Below are positions 13,701-28,600 of a stretch of DNA of 64,000 nt, piece by piece. This stretch comes from Balanoglossus misakiensis (Eukaryota > Animalia > Hemichordata): NCBI GenBank assembly GCA_040954595.2, contig CM082594.2, positions 6,964,840 to 7,028,839 on the forward strand, given 5' to 3'. The notes beneath the pieces are model-generated. The model made no database searches and was not told the origin of the DNA. It saw only the letters and a program-made list of their open reading frames with translations. Numbering within the stretch: position 1 is the first letter of the stretch; every line of letters starts with the position of its first letter. A program made the translations under genes and the position numbers.

Positions 13701-14933
13701 CCAACCACGTCGTCGAAATGTGCTTTTGGCACAAAGTTCAAACTGAGTATGCAAGAACAACACCATGTGGGGGTCTGCCTCACACAGTGATAGGGGTCAT
13801 GTCGTCTGGTCGTGACATCCATAAGCTAGGTATTGCACTTTCGAGTGGGTTAATTCAATATTAACATATCAAATGGAATAATTGCAAATTTCGCATCAGA
13901 GAAAAGGAATCTGGAAAAGTACGAAATGTGTCATTGTATGACGTTATTTGTGACTTTTTAAATTCTATTAATTTCAGTGAATTTGAGAATTTATTTGGAT
14001 TAACATGTATTTGGTTTTGCCAAGTTCATCGAAATATACACAGTTCTATTCTTATTCTAATTTTAGGTCTAAATTGTGGATAACATTATTGTAGTATGCA
14101 ACTTCAATTCAGCTTTTTGTATTCTTCCAGACATTGTGATGACACCAATCATGTACTTATCGGTCAGTTCGAAAGGTCCCCGCATTTTTTATCATACCCA
14201 CCCCCTCGACGACTCGCGTAATCGAGGTGTCTCAGATGGGGAATTTTCACTTCAACGGTTATCATATGCTACACATACGTCATCATGCAATTTACCTAGA
14301 TTTTCGCATTAATTACAATGCTATCTTTGGACATGAATGTAAATTGATTGCCAGTGCTATCTTGGTAAATGGATGTTAATTGCTTTCTCGGCTCAGGTTT
14401 AGGCAGCTTATCGTCAGAACATGCGGCGCCGCCATGATCTGTTGAATATTCAGAGAAAAAACCCGCACCCGGATACCTCATGGGATGTAGTGCCTCGTTA
14501 AATGTTGTAATTAGCCTCATTAAAGCACGCCATTCTATTTTAAGCGTTGGCTTCTAATAACAATTGAATTAAGGTTCCTACGCGTTCATCTGACACTATG
14601 TATGATCTGGTTAATTATACACCCATGTCATCATTGTCATTGGCTCAAAACGCAGATCATCAAAACTGTATTTGCAATCGCTTCCTGTAATACATCAATC
14701 ATCCTTTGTCGATGTTATCACGGTAATTCTATCCCCACATGCATAGATTCTGGTGGTGGAAAATGTTATCTGTTACCAACAAACAATATCTAAATTGCGT
14801 TCTGTGTTTTCACTGCTTACCCATGCCTGAAGTTATACGTAACGACCATTCTGATGTACATATGATTAAAAGGTGTTTTTATGTCACGTTCTAGATAGTA
14901 GATCTATGCATTTGTAGTTAACTGTAGATCGAT

Positions 14934-15008
14934 AGGGGAGGGGAGAGGGGGAAGAGAGGGAGGGAGGCACAGCGATACAGAGAAAGACAGAAACAGAGAG
15001 AGAGAGAG
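14934..15008. repeat. Purine-rich (GA/GGA) low-complexity tract
   Basis: GGGGAGGGGAGAGGGGGAAGAGAGGGAGGGAGG...(GA)n. Confidence 0.8.
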
Positions 15009-15984
15009 CGCAGTCATTGCATTTAATCAATGCCACACAGAAGACTTGCGATGTTATAGTTGCATTGCTGATTCTCAACTTTTTAGATAGAAAATAATTA
15101 GTCAGGGCGCAATTGTGATGAGTTGGTTAATTTGGAAATTAATCCCTTATCAGTTATGTAAACCTGTGTGTATTGTTAGTGTTTAATTAATTTGGCCATT
15201 TTGATTCTTGTCGCAGAGTTGTAGGCAATTACAGTTCTTTCGTTTGGCAAAGAATCTATCGGTATATTGAACAGTAAGGACAATGTCGGCGCACTTTAGG
15301 ACAAACAGCAATTGATCAAAGTACATCCATGGGATGTCGAGCTAGCTGTCCTAGTAATCGATTTTCCCTCTCACAGACAAGAAAAGACACAGGCTATATT
15401 GAGCGAAGAAATTAATACCATCGCCTCATGTGGCTTTTTTCTGGGAAACCCCCTTTGCACTGATAGATGGTGATGATTAGTGGGAATTTTAAAGTGTGCC
15501 AGTTAATCCATATGAATCCCAGCGTGCGGCCGTGGCTTGGCGAAAGCACTAACAAATTTTCACCCGTTCGCCGTCGCTTCGCGGACTGCTGTGTAATTTG
15601 AGATATGATCTATCAATAACTCTCTGTGGCGTTTAATGAATCTTCTTCCTTGTCGGGGTGATATGGCCGACAGCGTCAATGTTGCAAAATAGGTGATAGC
15701 ACAGTAATGCGAAGTCAGTATAAACCGATACAAGATTTTCCTCTTACATGTGTCATACATAAGAGGCTTGCATCATTTTGATATCTAACTGTAATGTATT
15801 CTATTTAGTCAGAACCGATTATGAAGTTGCTGATAAATGACTTATTCTAAACATTAGCGATTTACGTCTGTTAACGAGACGTTTGACTCAAATTGCATAC
15901 GATTAGTTCAACTGAATTCTGACTGAATAATTAATTTATCGATATAATTTTGAATATGTCTGGGCAGAGACAGTAGTCATAGAT

Positions 15985-16068
15985 GAGAGCAGTGATAGAC
16001 GGAGAGAAAGGGGGGGGGTAGTGGGAGGGAGGGAGGGATGGCGAGAGAGAGAGAAAGAGAGAGATAGG
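15985..16068. repeat. Purine-rich G-run/(GGGA)/(GA)n tract
   Basis: G9 run followed by GGGAGGGAGGGAGGG and GA repeats. Confidence 0.8.
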
Positions 16069-19000
16069 GCATGTAGTTGGATTGCAATTCCAATTTTGAT
16101 ACATGGGCATGATATAATCTGAAGACATTAAAATGTAAGCTTTGCACTCTGATCATCTGACTCTCCAAGGAACCCTTTGTTGCGCAAACAAACTTTTTTC
16201 TCATGTACCAATTTTTCAAGTACTATTTCTATTTAAATAGGACGATACCCGTTTTATTCTGGTCAATATTTCTCTTGTTGAATCTGGGAATTTCATCCCA
16301 GTGGTAATTAGACTGGCACACCAAAGTCAAACATAATTTGATCAACTCCCATTGCTGGATGTGATATTTGTTCACGATTTGCGAGGGATTATATATCCAC
16401 ATTTTCTATGTGTTGTACATTTTTGATATCACAATTGTGGGATAACCACTGCACATGTAAGTGTCTCGGTTGTACTTTTAACTCACTACACCGGCAATCA
16501 GAATGCTCGATGATATATAATTTGTGCTCACAAGCGCCTGTGGTCACATTTCTATGATGCTGAATACAGGTTGGCCGTTCCTGAGAAAAGCTACTCTCCG
16601 AATAAATGCGCATTATGAGCGAAACGGCAAACACTATGTCATCATTAACGTCGATGCACATTGGCAGGAATTTAATATCACGAGACAAAAACATCGTTCC
16701 GCCGTATGAATTACAGCAACCATTAAATCACAATCGAAGGCATTTGACAATATTTTATCTCTTTCAATATACTGAACTGTATCATTTATGTCGGATTTAA
16801 TACAGACGGACGGAATGGCCATCGATCGCGACAAACCGCAACTGTCATGTCGTACAAAACACGCAGCATCAGGAACCACGAAGGAAGGGAAATGTGGTAG
16901 ACGAGATTAATTACGCGGCAAGAATTACTGAAATCAAATCAATGGGGGTTGATGATATGTTGATAATAACTAGAAGCATCGTCTCCTCCAATTTCGAATG
17001 ACTCACAGGACAAAGATAACGAATTCATCTGTAATTAGTAAAGTCTATGATAAACACACAAGTTCGCTTCCCATACGTAGTTTCAGAGACAGACAGGCAT
17101 CAGTCTTTCACAAATCACCTGTCCTTTTCAGTGGCCACCCTTTTTGATCTCGATCAATGTGAACAATAATTGCAACCATGCAACACATACAAGTTTAAGT
17201 ACGGTACTTTGAAAACTAAGCACATGGTCATTTAATATTTTTTGTCATTTTCATACGAAACATGGAACTATTTTCCGATCGCCGAAACTTGGGAACATTT
17301 GGACACATTAATTTGTTATCCTTCCCATCTATCGCCAGAAAAAATGTTAGTGTCGGTGCATTTGGGAACTTCAAAATCTGTTTTCGACTCGTATATTGCC
17401 GATGCGTTCTCCCGACCCTGAGCCAAACGATTTTGGCACTGACCTAATATGATTTCACTTTGTATAACAATAGTGGCCTAACAGTGATAGCAAGATAGCA
17501 TGGCCAATTTGAAACTTCAATTTCCGTCAGATCATAGGAAATATATGCAAGGATATCAATATAAGGGGACTAAAGGTATACTTTATTTATTTGAAAAACC
17601 GATAAGCATAAATATAGAGAAAAAAATTTACCGACAGAGGAGTACTGAAACAAACAAACCGCTAAAATGTAATAGATGAAGACCTTTATGCGTGATGTAC
17701 AAAACGACAAAGATGACCGCTGTCCATTCATATTGTATTCTAAGGAAAAATACCTCATTAGAAAATGACGTCATACGTAGATCTTAATGAGGCACCATCC
17801 CTCTAAATTCGGCAGATATAACAAGGTCGAAATTATCAAGTAATTGCCTCCGGTAGCATAAATGATCGGTTATGTTTAGTAATATTTTGGATGTCGTGAA
17901 GGCAATGTACTGGGTCTATAACAAGCAATCTATCTTCATGGGAATTGGTTGTTCGATTGAAATGGCATTTAGTAACCACCCAAGCTTACTGATCCATAAA
18001 ATCAGTGCTTTAGTGGGCAATACTGGCAAATTGAGCAATGTCGCCTACACCATATCACCCATGTATACTATCAATGTGATCCCGTGGTTAAAAATCATGA
18101 TTAGACATGTCTTTTCAACAACCGAAGCGGTGGGGATAAAATATCACAACTAAAAGGAACTGCCCGTGGAAAATTCTTAAGTGAGAAGCTTATCCTGCTG
18201 ATAGGCCAATACACATAGTTGCATTGTTTATGGGCAATAGTTCGAAATCATTTTTTCGTTGTTGCCAGGATCTCCCTGTGATTAAGTTAAATTAAGAATC
18301 AAAGTTCAAGCAAGATTAGGCATCATCTGTATTCGTTGTCACATCCATGAAACAATGTACCAAAGCATGTTAAGATCTCAAAGGAGAGATTCGGTCACTG
18401 TCCAAAACCAAGTTATTCATAGAAATTGAATTCATCTGTCAAAAGTATTCCATAAATATACATACAGAATGTATCTATGCTGCGAGGTCTAACAAATAAG
18501 TGCTTTTGATGTTTGATAACAATTTTTAGTTAGAATGACGTTTAATTATACAGTGTGTGATACTGAAGGGAAACATTAGATTCACCCATAAACACCCACA
18601 AGTTCTTTGCATACTCCTACATGTTTTTTTGGGGGGTGTCTACTGGAGTGTGAAGACAGACCAGCCTTATGTTAACTTTGATTTTGACTGTGGCGATTCA
18701 TAAGCAACTTGATGCAACTTGAAAGTGAAAAATGCAAATAACTCAATTATTAATCGGCTAATTTTTTGCGAAATTCGAACGTTTCAAGGTGGATATATAT
18801 GTGAGTGTTCATATCAAATTTATCGCTTTAATGCAGTTTCCCAAATGTTAAGTATATTGACATTTCTTGGGTAGTGAAGTATAATAATTGTCTAAGTGGC
18901 TAATGTGCGGGTATCGCCCCGTGGCCATTTTGGATCATTGAACGGACGTCGAGCGCTCGCTGTAAAGATTTTCTTGAGGGTTTTGAACACCAGCTTGAAG

Positions 19001-22000
19001 TCATAAAATTGTCTTTTACTGTGTAAACATCAATCTTTCGCATGAATTTCGATGAGCCTGAATCCTAAGTCATTTTAAAGTTGAATTAGTGTAACCATTA
19101 TGGAAAAAGTATATAATTGCCCGAGTGTATTACGGCATTAGTCTTTTCGTTGGCTGTTTATCACACCATGCTTATTGACACGCCTATATATTAATCTAGC
19201 GCGATTGACTGTTGATTGATAAATAGTTTAATACATCAACGTTCTGCTAATGAATCACTCCATACCACACCCTACGACGTAACCGTGACAACAGTAACAG
19301 GTGCTTTTGTAAACATCACAAACACGTCAATATTTGGATGCTGAGACATTTCATTTTCCGAAAAAATATCCACAGTCGCGCTTTGGAGTTATAAACTAGG
19401 TTGTTTCTGCTTCGCTTTCGAAGAACATTGTTTTTACATCCTGCTACAGAAGGAAAGTAATTAGATCAATGTACATTTCTTTTCAAACCGAATGCCTGTT
19501 AAAATGGCAAGTTTGTAAGAATATGAAATCTGACACTCGGATATAAGTAGGCATCGACTCAAAACAAACAAAACGAATCGTTGGCAGGAAATACGATATA
19601 ATTCTTGCATTTGACACTGCTTTTAATAAGAGTAATGTGATTTTTGTTTAAATTTACACCACAGACTATACCCGGTAGGTAGTTGATTTCTATGCATGTG
19701 GACTTCGATGCCAATGAATTTGCAGTGCGCATGTGTAGTTTTACTGGTAACAAAACTACAGGATTACGGCAAGGCTATCAAATGCTGAACACGTTTTTTT
19801 TTCGAGGACTGGTCAAGCAGGGTCAGAGAAGATACTCTCTATACAGTGATTTAATGCATGCATACAGAGCTTAGGGCGACTTTTAAGTAATCTTTATATA
19901 TTCCCATCGACGATATGAACGATGATGATGGCAAAGACAGTAAACTGTGCTTCATGACAGCCTGAGATGAGAAGTACTCTTGGATGAACACTCATCTTTT
20001 CTGGCGGGGTGTCAAGTACCATGGGATGTATCGTTCAGAAGACATACCCATGTTAACTTCTTACGTATCTCAAAAACATCATGGCTTGAAACACTGTCTC
20101 GTGAAATTGCTAAAGGAGTCATATAAGCCGTACCATTTACAACCAAGATAAAATATCAAGGGTCATTCGGAGCATTGTATGAATTACAGAACTGAAAGAT
20201 TGTCAATGTTTGAAATTCAAAATGGTCGCCAAAGGCAGTGTTTTGTATGGAAAAATTTGAAACAACCGCTTTCACTGAAAATGGGATGGTGAACACTTTA
20301 AAAGGAAATGTTACATTATTTTATCACCCAAACCGAAGAAATAGTGATATCGTTTTGAATTTAAACAAGCAATTATATTCGCACGTGTTTACGATCTTTC
20401 ATATTCAATTGTGTTAACAACGTCGACTCGCAGATCAATAAAAAAACGAAGAAAATGATTTCCATTGCCATTAACACAGCCAGTATAGTTGGATGTGGTT
20501 AGATTACTCGAAAATGGGCATGGTTGTCAAAAATATAGCGCAACAGAGGATTTATATGAGGGTTGACCTGGCCACCATGATGAAGAGTAATCCAGACTTT
20601 TTTGCCTTTTCATATTAAGCTCACAGGCAATGCATAAGAAAACACGCAAAAGAAATGCTTTATCGCTAATTACACAACTTTTTGATTTTTCACCTTTTCA
20701 GACGTCGACAAATCTGTCGTTTCTTGAATGGTGAATTGCGCGTTCCCATGACAACTGAGCAGCAATTCCGTCTCACATTATCCAGGGTTAAGCGTGCCAG
20801 GTATTACACCATTGAAATGTCGGCTTTGCATATCTATTTTGTTGCCATCCTGAAGGCGACATTCAGAAAAATATGATCGGCGTAACTAAGATTGACACTA
20901 CTCGCATTAAGCGTCGCTGCTGCACAACGACGCGGCTTACCCCTTCAACATTCTAATTACCCGCGGTGAAAGTTTTGGATAAAAAGAGTTGCAGAATTAG
21001 CCGATCGTAAGGTTTGCCATCTAATAATTTGACTGACCCAGCGTGAATTACTACACGACCTATGATTATCCTGCTCTCAAATTACCCTCCGTGCCATATT
21101 CATTTCTAAGGCATCTCTCGGCACATTGCTGATATTAGCGTATTTCGATTTGTTCCGTGTCACGGAAAATCCTAGGCGTTCTGAAACAAAGCGTGCTGGT
21201 TTGCCCTGCCGATTAACTTTCTGATTCAAAATTGCCAAATTAATCAGCACTTGTAACATTTTATTGCGCGCGTTATCAAATGGGACCTGTGGCTGTCTTT
21301 AATCGTCGGGCAAGCAACCGCACGTTTAGTGAATGGCATCGTTTGTCATCAGTTTGCGTGTACGTGTTGTATTCAACGATGACATGAACGTTATCTGTCT
21401 TTTCCTTAATTGCTTGAGAGAGTGGGTAGGTTGACGCCTATGGTTCAACATACAACCAATTTCAGGTTGGGAGTATGGGTATCTATGACGGGTTTCCCCA
21501 AGCTCTGATGATGAATTATTTGGTATATGTATTGAAATTCTGGCATACATGTATATCAAATTTTATATACGTGCAGAACACCCTAAGGCAAAGCAGCATG
21601 CACGAAGAGTGCATCTCCCACGCAAATATCCAAACACTAGAAATTTAAAAAAAAGTTATAAATTCCCACGCTACACCGTACCGCTTTTCCACGAATTACA
21701 TGAAATCAATGTAGAGAAAATAACAATGATAGAATTGTATTTTCCTAATTATTTTTCACTCCTATCGGATACATGATGTTGAGTACATTGCCACCCAAGA
21801 CATGATATTCTCACCAGTAAAACCAGGTGGAAAGACATCCTTGATAGAACAGTAATACATGTATCAGGAAAGAAACTTCATGATATATGCTCAGAAAAAT
21901 ATGAACATTGAAGATGAGACGAGTCTCTTGTATTTGATATTGGAAAAATATTAGCCTTTGGCAAGCCCATGAAATATTGGGTATAATTATGGAACATTTT

Positions 22001-22270
22001 TGAAAATCATAGCCTTCATAATATACTTATTAGACATGGTTATCAAGTATTTTACCCAAATTACGATCATTTTGTTATTATAGCTATTTAAGTATTGATC
22101 TCGCAATTACCATTTAGAAATAGAAATAGAATTTTTGAATGAGATTTTCAGAGTCAAACATCAGTTGAGATTTCAGCAGTAATGTTCATTGTACAAGTCA
22201 CAAGGTCGAATCAAGTATGATGATTATGAAAGATTTGCTTCTTACCAAAGCTTCAATAGGTCAGAGCACG

Positions 22271-22320
22271 AGTAAGTAAGTAAGTAAGTGAGTGAGTCAG
22301 TTAGTCAGCCAGTCAGTCAG
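22271..22320. repeat. Compound (AGTA)n(AGTG)n(AGTC)n microsatellite
   Basis: AGTAAGTAAGTAAGTAAGTGAGTGAGTCAGTTAGTCAGCCAGTCAGTCAG. Confidence 0.85.
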
Positions 22321-24681
22321 GTCATAATTCAATCAGTAAATAGCTTCGATCAGTTTTTATAACGACAGTAGTTATACATGAAATGGCCATATAATTTCAA
22401 CTAAGATTCCCGCTTCCTTTTTCTAAACACACAGTGTACAGAGAGAAACAGTTTTTGGATCATACATTTCTTTGTCATCCCCTCTCCCCGCTGTCTATGA
22501 TGCACTCACCGCATGTGACAACACCTTTGCTATTGCTGTAAGGTTCCCAATTCCTTTATTCGACCATCCTTATCAATTTGGATCTGCATGTGTCATTATT
22601 GGCGATCAACGTTAACGCTAATGATGTACTAGTATGTATTGTAGAATTATCTGTTTCCAATGGATGTTGGTGGGCGACAGATTGTCGTCAGTAGGTTAGT
22701 GGGCGGTGAGTTTTTTGAACACCGAGTTGCAGAATAAATGAACTTGTTTCTGATTTAGGGATTTCATTAAGGCTTTGACGGATTACCCGGTGATTGGAAG
22801 AATTCGGTTGATTTTTGAACCTCCACTGGTCACTGACATTTGGAGTTAGTCAGGACATATAGGTAGAGTGTATCATATTCCTTTATGTCTGACGGAAAGT
22901 TGTAAAATTACATCAAAGTGCTTACGTAAATAACACGTAATACGTAAATAATTAGTCCTGAAACTTTAAGATGGCAGAGGTAGGTAACGGAATACAAAGT
23001 AAGCTAACGTTCAGATGACTTACAATGTACGTTATTGCGCCATCTTTTTTTAGTTGAAATTTGCCTTCGTCTTAATACAATCACAAAATTATTAGACCAC
23101 AAGGTGGCGCTATGTAAAAGTAACTGTAATGTACGGGTACTTAAAGTAATCTTGAATGCAATATATAATCTCTAAAATTCAGCAACACGATTCGTTCAGG
23201 AGGTAAAAGGAAAGTACTAGTAAACTCCGAGTTTGGGTTTGAACAATACATAGTACAGGAATACGTAAATGACCCGTGTCAGTTATCACAAAATAATATC
23301 TTTTAAATGCATTATTTATCTTTTATGTTGTGCAGACGGCTTATTTGCCTTTTCATATCTTATAGTAATTTCTTCTCTAAGTATCCATTTCGACCTACTT
23401 ATCATCGTCTTGTCTGTGTCATCAGTGACCTGTCAATGACCTTTTTGCAACCTTCTCTCATTCCTCGTCCATGTTGGATGTTTTGAGAGCCCGGCGGTTG
23501 TGAAAAAACATGGCGCCAGTCTGACTGTTGGAATAAATCAATGGCAGTGTTTTGCCAGTATTCAAAATGTTCATACATTCATACGTACCCGCAACACCCT
23601 TCCTAGTCAGTTTGTCAGCCCGACTGTCTGACTCTCTTGTAATGCGGGTCATACGCCATTCATGAGCTCTGTCACTGTCGCCGCGTGCGCTCCCGGATAC
23701 AATAGAAGTTTAGGAAAACAGTATTCGTTATTTTGCATTTTTGTTTGCGTTGGTTTTTGTAACCATTTTCTAAAACTGCATGGAATCTTCCGCGAACGGG
23801 CTTCACAGCGTCTGATTGAAAATTATCTTTAATATGTGAGTCATGCAAGCAAACAAACCGAGGAAAATGATGCAACATTCATATGGGTAGTTCTCTTAAC
23901 ATCCAGGTTTTAATATTAGAAATGGGCACATTTTGATTCATATATTTCATTTAAGTTACATGAACTGAGGTCTTTACACACACTTGAATGCTGTTTGATA
24001 AAGTGTCAATCGATTGCAAAAGTGCTACATTTTATAGTGTCGGCTGCTAAAACCCTAGACTAGAGACCTTCGGGGAGCCTGTGAATGTACGTGTGAAATT
24101 GTCAAAGTGAACAAAATTGTCAACACCACCGTCTGTACCGTAGAAAATTATCTGGCATTAGCTCCATCTCATATTCGTGGCCACACTCATCTCAAGTGGC
24201 AAATTCAAACCGGCACGTATTAGCCAAAAGCCCTCCGGTTGACAATCACTTCCAAACAATCACGAACTAATGGCTGATTTATATGCACGCAAATTCCCAG
24301 ACACCGATCAAAATACTTGACAGCGTCTTTTCACGCGTACAAATACAAAATAGAACGCGACTTTCAAGTCTGCTGTGCCCAAACAACGCATCGCAGATCA
24401 AATGCAATCGACGATTAATTACGATGATGAAAAGTGGTGAACCCGAAGTCAAGAAATCAATTCAGTGTTTGTGAATACGTGCATAGAAATTTTTTAACAG
24501 AAAGTCGGTTGTTTACTTGGCAATTGGTTTTAATTCATAAGATGAGCCAATTATCGCTGTTGCAGACACGACAGAAGTTGTTGCCAATGGCAACTAAACA
24601 CAGAGTATCAGACATGTCCATAACACCGGTGACGACATGTTATACAGTCTAGAAGAACAATTTCCAGGTTGTGCGTCGGTC

Positions 24682-24717
24682 TCCATATTTTTAAAGGTGT
24701 CCATATTTTTAAAGGTG
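24682..24717. repeat. 18-bp perfect tandem duplication
   Basis: TCCATATTTTTAAAGGTG occurs twice head-to-tail. Confidence 0.9.
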
Positions 24718-25573
24718 ACTAACCTTTATAAGACGTAAAAGAGATAAAGCTCGCAATTATTTATGGATCATGCTTGGTTTTGCAATTGTTTTAAGGTGTT
24801 GTTTTACACTGAAGCCATGGAAAGACAGCCGAATCTATGTCAAAGATAGTAGTGATCATGTGCTTGTATGTTTCGAGGTAGTACGGTGCAATCTTCTCAA
24901 ATGTGGGTTTATAGTACTTTAGGTCAATACCGCCCTCTGTGGGTCTCAAGAGAAAAGCAGTGGAATATTCACTCTACTGAAATCGGCCATATCATGTGTA
25001 AACACTTATTTTAGAACTGACCGCGAACATGAAACAAAATCAGTTACGTCTCACCACAGGCTCCCTGGTGCCAATTAGCTGTGTCCTTAAACGCAGAGAA
25101 ACCCAAACGAAAAACACTGGCTTGCAGGAACAACTTGTCCCCGTTCGTCTACATAAAACTTATCACGGCCGCTGGGCTCGACAATTCTTGACGTTGAGTA
25201 TACTCTCAAGTTTCACTTTGGTTAGAGGTACGCTCCAATGTCAAAGAAATTTTTACCTTTTGAAGCTGTGTCATGTTACCGTCAGCTTGCAACGCTTGTC
25301 GAAGCACGCATCTCACATTAATGTTTACACAAACCTGGCACCTCAGTTCATTTCGTCATCCAGAGTCCAGACAGTCTAAAAGAATGGATGTGAACTTCAC
25401 CACACGACGTGTGTGAACTTCTTTTGACGTTTAAACCAATTGTATTTCATTAAGACAGCATTAATTTTCACACATTTTCAGCCTTTTGACGAACCATTCG
25501 ATCGGAACAGGATTAGCAGACTATCGAAGCAGACGCGATAGGATAATGTTCAATCTATCTCAAAACCATAACA

Positions 25574-25630
25574 CCCACCCACCCACCAACCAAAAAACCA
25601 ACCAACCAACCATCTATCCACCCAACCACC
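25574..25630. repeat. Degenerate (CCAC/CCAA/CCAT)n microsatellite
   Basis: CCCACCCACCCACCAACCAAAAAACCAACCAACCAACCATCTATCCACCCAACCACC. Confidence 0.8.
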
Positions 25631-28600
25631 TTGTATATTCACACTCTATCAGAAAGGTTCTAGCGAGAGTGACCTTATTCCTCTCCAACACTAATCCACA
25701 TTTTATCAATCATAAACCAATTACCCTCACATAAAAAGAACTCTTCCTAGAGGGAGGAAATCCATTTACCTCTTTGTACATCAGCGGCGGAGCGACTGAG
25801 ATAATAATATTTTTTTCAGTTATGACACATCTTGCCAGAGGCAATTCCCCCGAAGTTCATATGTGTCAGACTGACCTGTATATAGACATGATATTAAAAC
25901 ACACCCGCTATATTACATACCGTATGTATTGTATTAATATCATTCAGTATGGCACACAAACTTGTCTATAGATGGCTAATACAAAGTATTTATTATTATA
26001 GGCGATATAACAATGTTTAATATTGACAATAGATTAAATTGTGTTCGCTGTATGGAAAATAAATTAAGGGAATTTTCAGTTAATTAGAGCATGGACAACC
26101 ATCTTCAGTACTGTTCAGGAGAGATTTCTTAACTGTTGCGTCTACCTAGTATTGTACCATCAGGTTTATGTGAAAACTTCCTGCGACATTAACTCTTTTC
26201 ACAACAAGGTTTACTGGGGAACACTTTTAGCTCAATTCTTGCCACCACCCCTTCATAAGTACTGACACCTCCCTAAATATAAAATGACATAAACGAGGCC
26301 AACATATTAGCTCGTAAATGTTGTATAAAACAAGGTTATTATTTAGTCCAAGGTCTGGCATGTTGAAGAGAATTACCATATTAAAGAATATTATATTATT
26401 ACTTGAATCCTGCTCGCACAGATAGTACTTTTGCAAACGGCGAGGATGATGACTGTAACTGGAGACAACAGTACGTCACGCCGATAGGGAAACATGGTTT
26501 ACGCGATATTTGGGCGGGAGGAGGTATGACCGCCTTTCAGAAAATTCAGCGTGGCGCCAGTCATATTGTATCAAAACACAGTGTCAGATTACGCCCTGTT
26601 CACACTTTCAGGGCCGGTCAATCAGTTGTTTGTGACTTATTATGCGAGACCTGTTAACACTCCAAACAACAACCCTATCATATGAAGAGAGTCTTGCAGA
26701 TGTCGACCAGGGGTTGTGTTAGCCCTCGCAACTCATAAATAAACAAATACTTTGAAAATTTTCCATCTTCAATTCGATCACTAATGAGCAACATGTCTGT
26801 ATTGGCCAAGGTTTATTAAAACGTCTATTGTGTCTTAATATAATTATCATATGCCGCGTTCAGCTGTTCTGTACAGAGCCCCTCAATCACCAGGTTGATA
26901 TGAAGAAACTGTCACTAGAATATTCTCACTGCGCATGTGTAAGAAGGTTTCATTCAGGAACCGAAGTTGGTGGACAAACTTTTACAAAGCTGTCAAAGAA
27001 TTCACACCTTTGCATGATGGACAGTGAACGACTGAACCATGACCGAGTATCGACAAAGTATACTGCATACTTCGCGAGAAATATGAATGGTTTTCTCGTG
27101 TTTGTTTCATACGAGAAGCTGATTCTCATCGCCTGAGTAAATTACACCTAACATCGCACATCCCAGGAGAAATACAGTACATTTCAAAGGGCGACCCTTT
27201 TGCCCTGTCAGCTACCCATTGGGCATGTTTACATTTAAAAATCGAATGTTTCTCCCCTTCGATCGGCTAATGCGCGCCTTGATTACCGTGCCTTTTAATG
27301 TCTTCCAACAGTTTGAATATCATAGACACTGAGTCAGTTACAATGTTTGGCGCCAATTTAAACCGATGGGTGCATTCGTCGCCTATAGACTAACTCTAAC
27401 CTGTGAAAGTGTGGATTTGATAATAATTGGAAGCTAACGTACTATATTGACGTCATTAAGTCGCTCGGCCACAAACATGCTTTGTATCTTGCAATCACCC
27501 TGCGGGTCTCCGCCTGTGTATCTACTGGTGAAAACCTTGACCCTCCTGAACAGAATACAGCCCCTTTTCAATAATCACAGCGGGAGATCACATGTTTCTG
27601 ACACTCGCTGTGATCCGTATATGTGTTGCAGCACCCCCGGCTTGAAAGTATGATACAGCTATTTAATTACCGATACTGAAAGAAAGTATGTCAGCACCCT
27701 GTGTATAATATATATATGCCGTACTTCATGCCAGGTTGAAGCTGTCGTGGGGACCTATAGCCTAATTCGGCGATGCGTCTTGATGTTATCTTCCAGGAAT
27801 CGGTCAGTTGACAAAATACTGTCCTGTCCATGTATAGGGTTTGTCCACCTGATGTACCAGTATAATAGTAACCCCTATTATATTAACTCTTTTCACTGAC
27901 TCTGTAAACTTGCAAAGTAAATTTGGGAATCCCAAAATGTCTCTTGTAAGTGGTGTTCTGGTGCCAATAGTTGACTAGACACGGCGGTCTTATGTATCGC
28001 TGTGAAAGTTACATTATTTAATATATCTGTCACGTCTGAGTGGACTTACTTTAATCGAGGTCTTTTAATTAATACCAAAAATAATTGGTCTCTCGCTGGC
28101 CGTGACGTGCATAGTCTAGTTTGGCACATTCTTCGATTAGTAAATTTACTCGTCTTGGAGTAATTTAAAAGGATGTACGGTATACAGACAAAAATGTTTT
28201 TGTACGAAAAGTAAGGGAAACATATAGCAATCTGAAGTTAATTCAATATGGAGCGCATGTGTCAGATGGATGATTTGAATATACATAGGGATTTGTGTAC
28301 TGCGGTGATTAGCACAGTGTATATAAAATCGACATTGTGTTACACGACTTACGTAGCACCGACTAATAACTTATTCATAAATCCAGAAATTTCAATTTTC
28401 TTATGTAAGGATTTATTCTCTGCAGCTCGAATCAACTGTCCTACATGATGAGTCCTCATGAAGGATAAGCTTGACGTAAAAGGCACGTTTTAAGCAATCT
28501 ATAGCTTGCGTGTCACTCATTCAGCCCATAGTGGGGAGCTGGTCATTTGCACTGAGGGATTTGTCACTTCTTGTGCATTGAATTTGTCGTGTAGTACACA

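Noticed and set aside
21086-21180. Acceptor/donor-flanked open segment ERLGFSVTRNKSKYANISNVPRDALEMNMARR on the minus strand
   Set aside because: No partner exons or recognisable motif; such pseudo-exons are common in AT-rich intergenic DNA.
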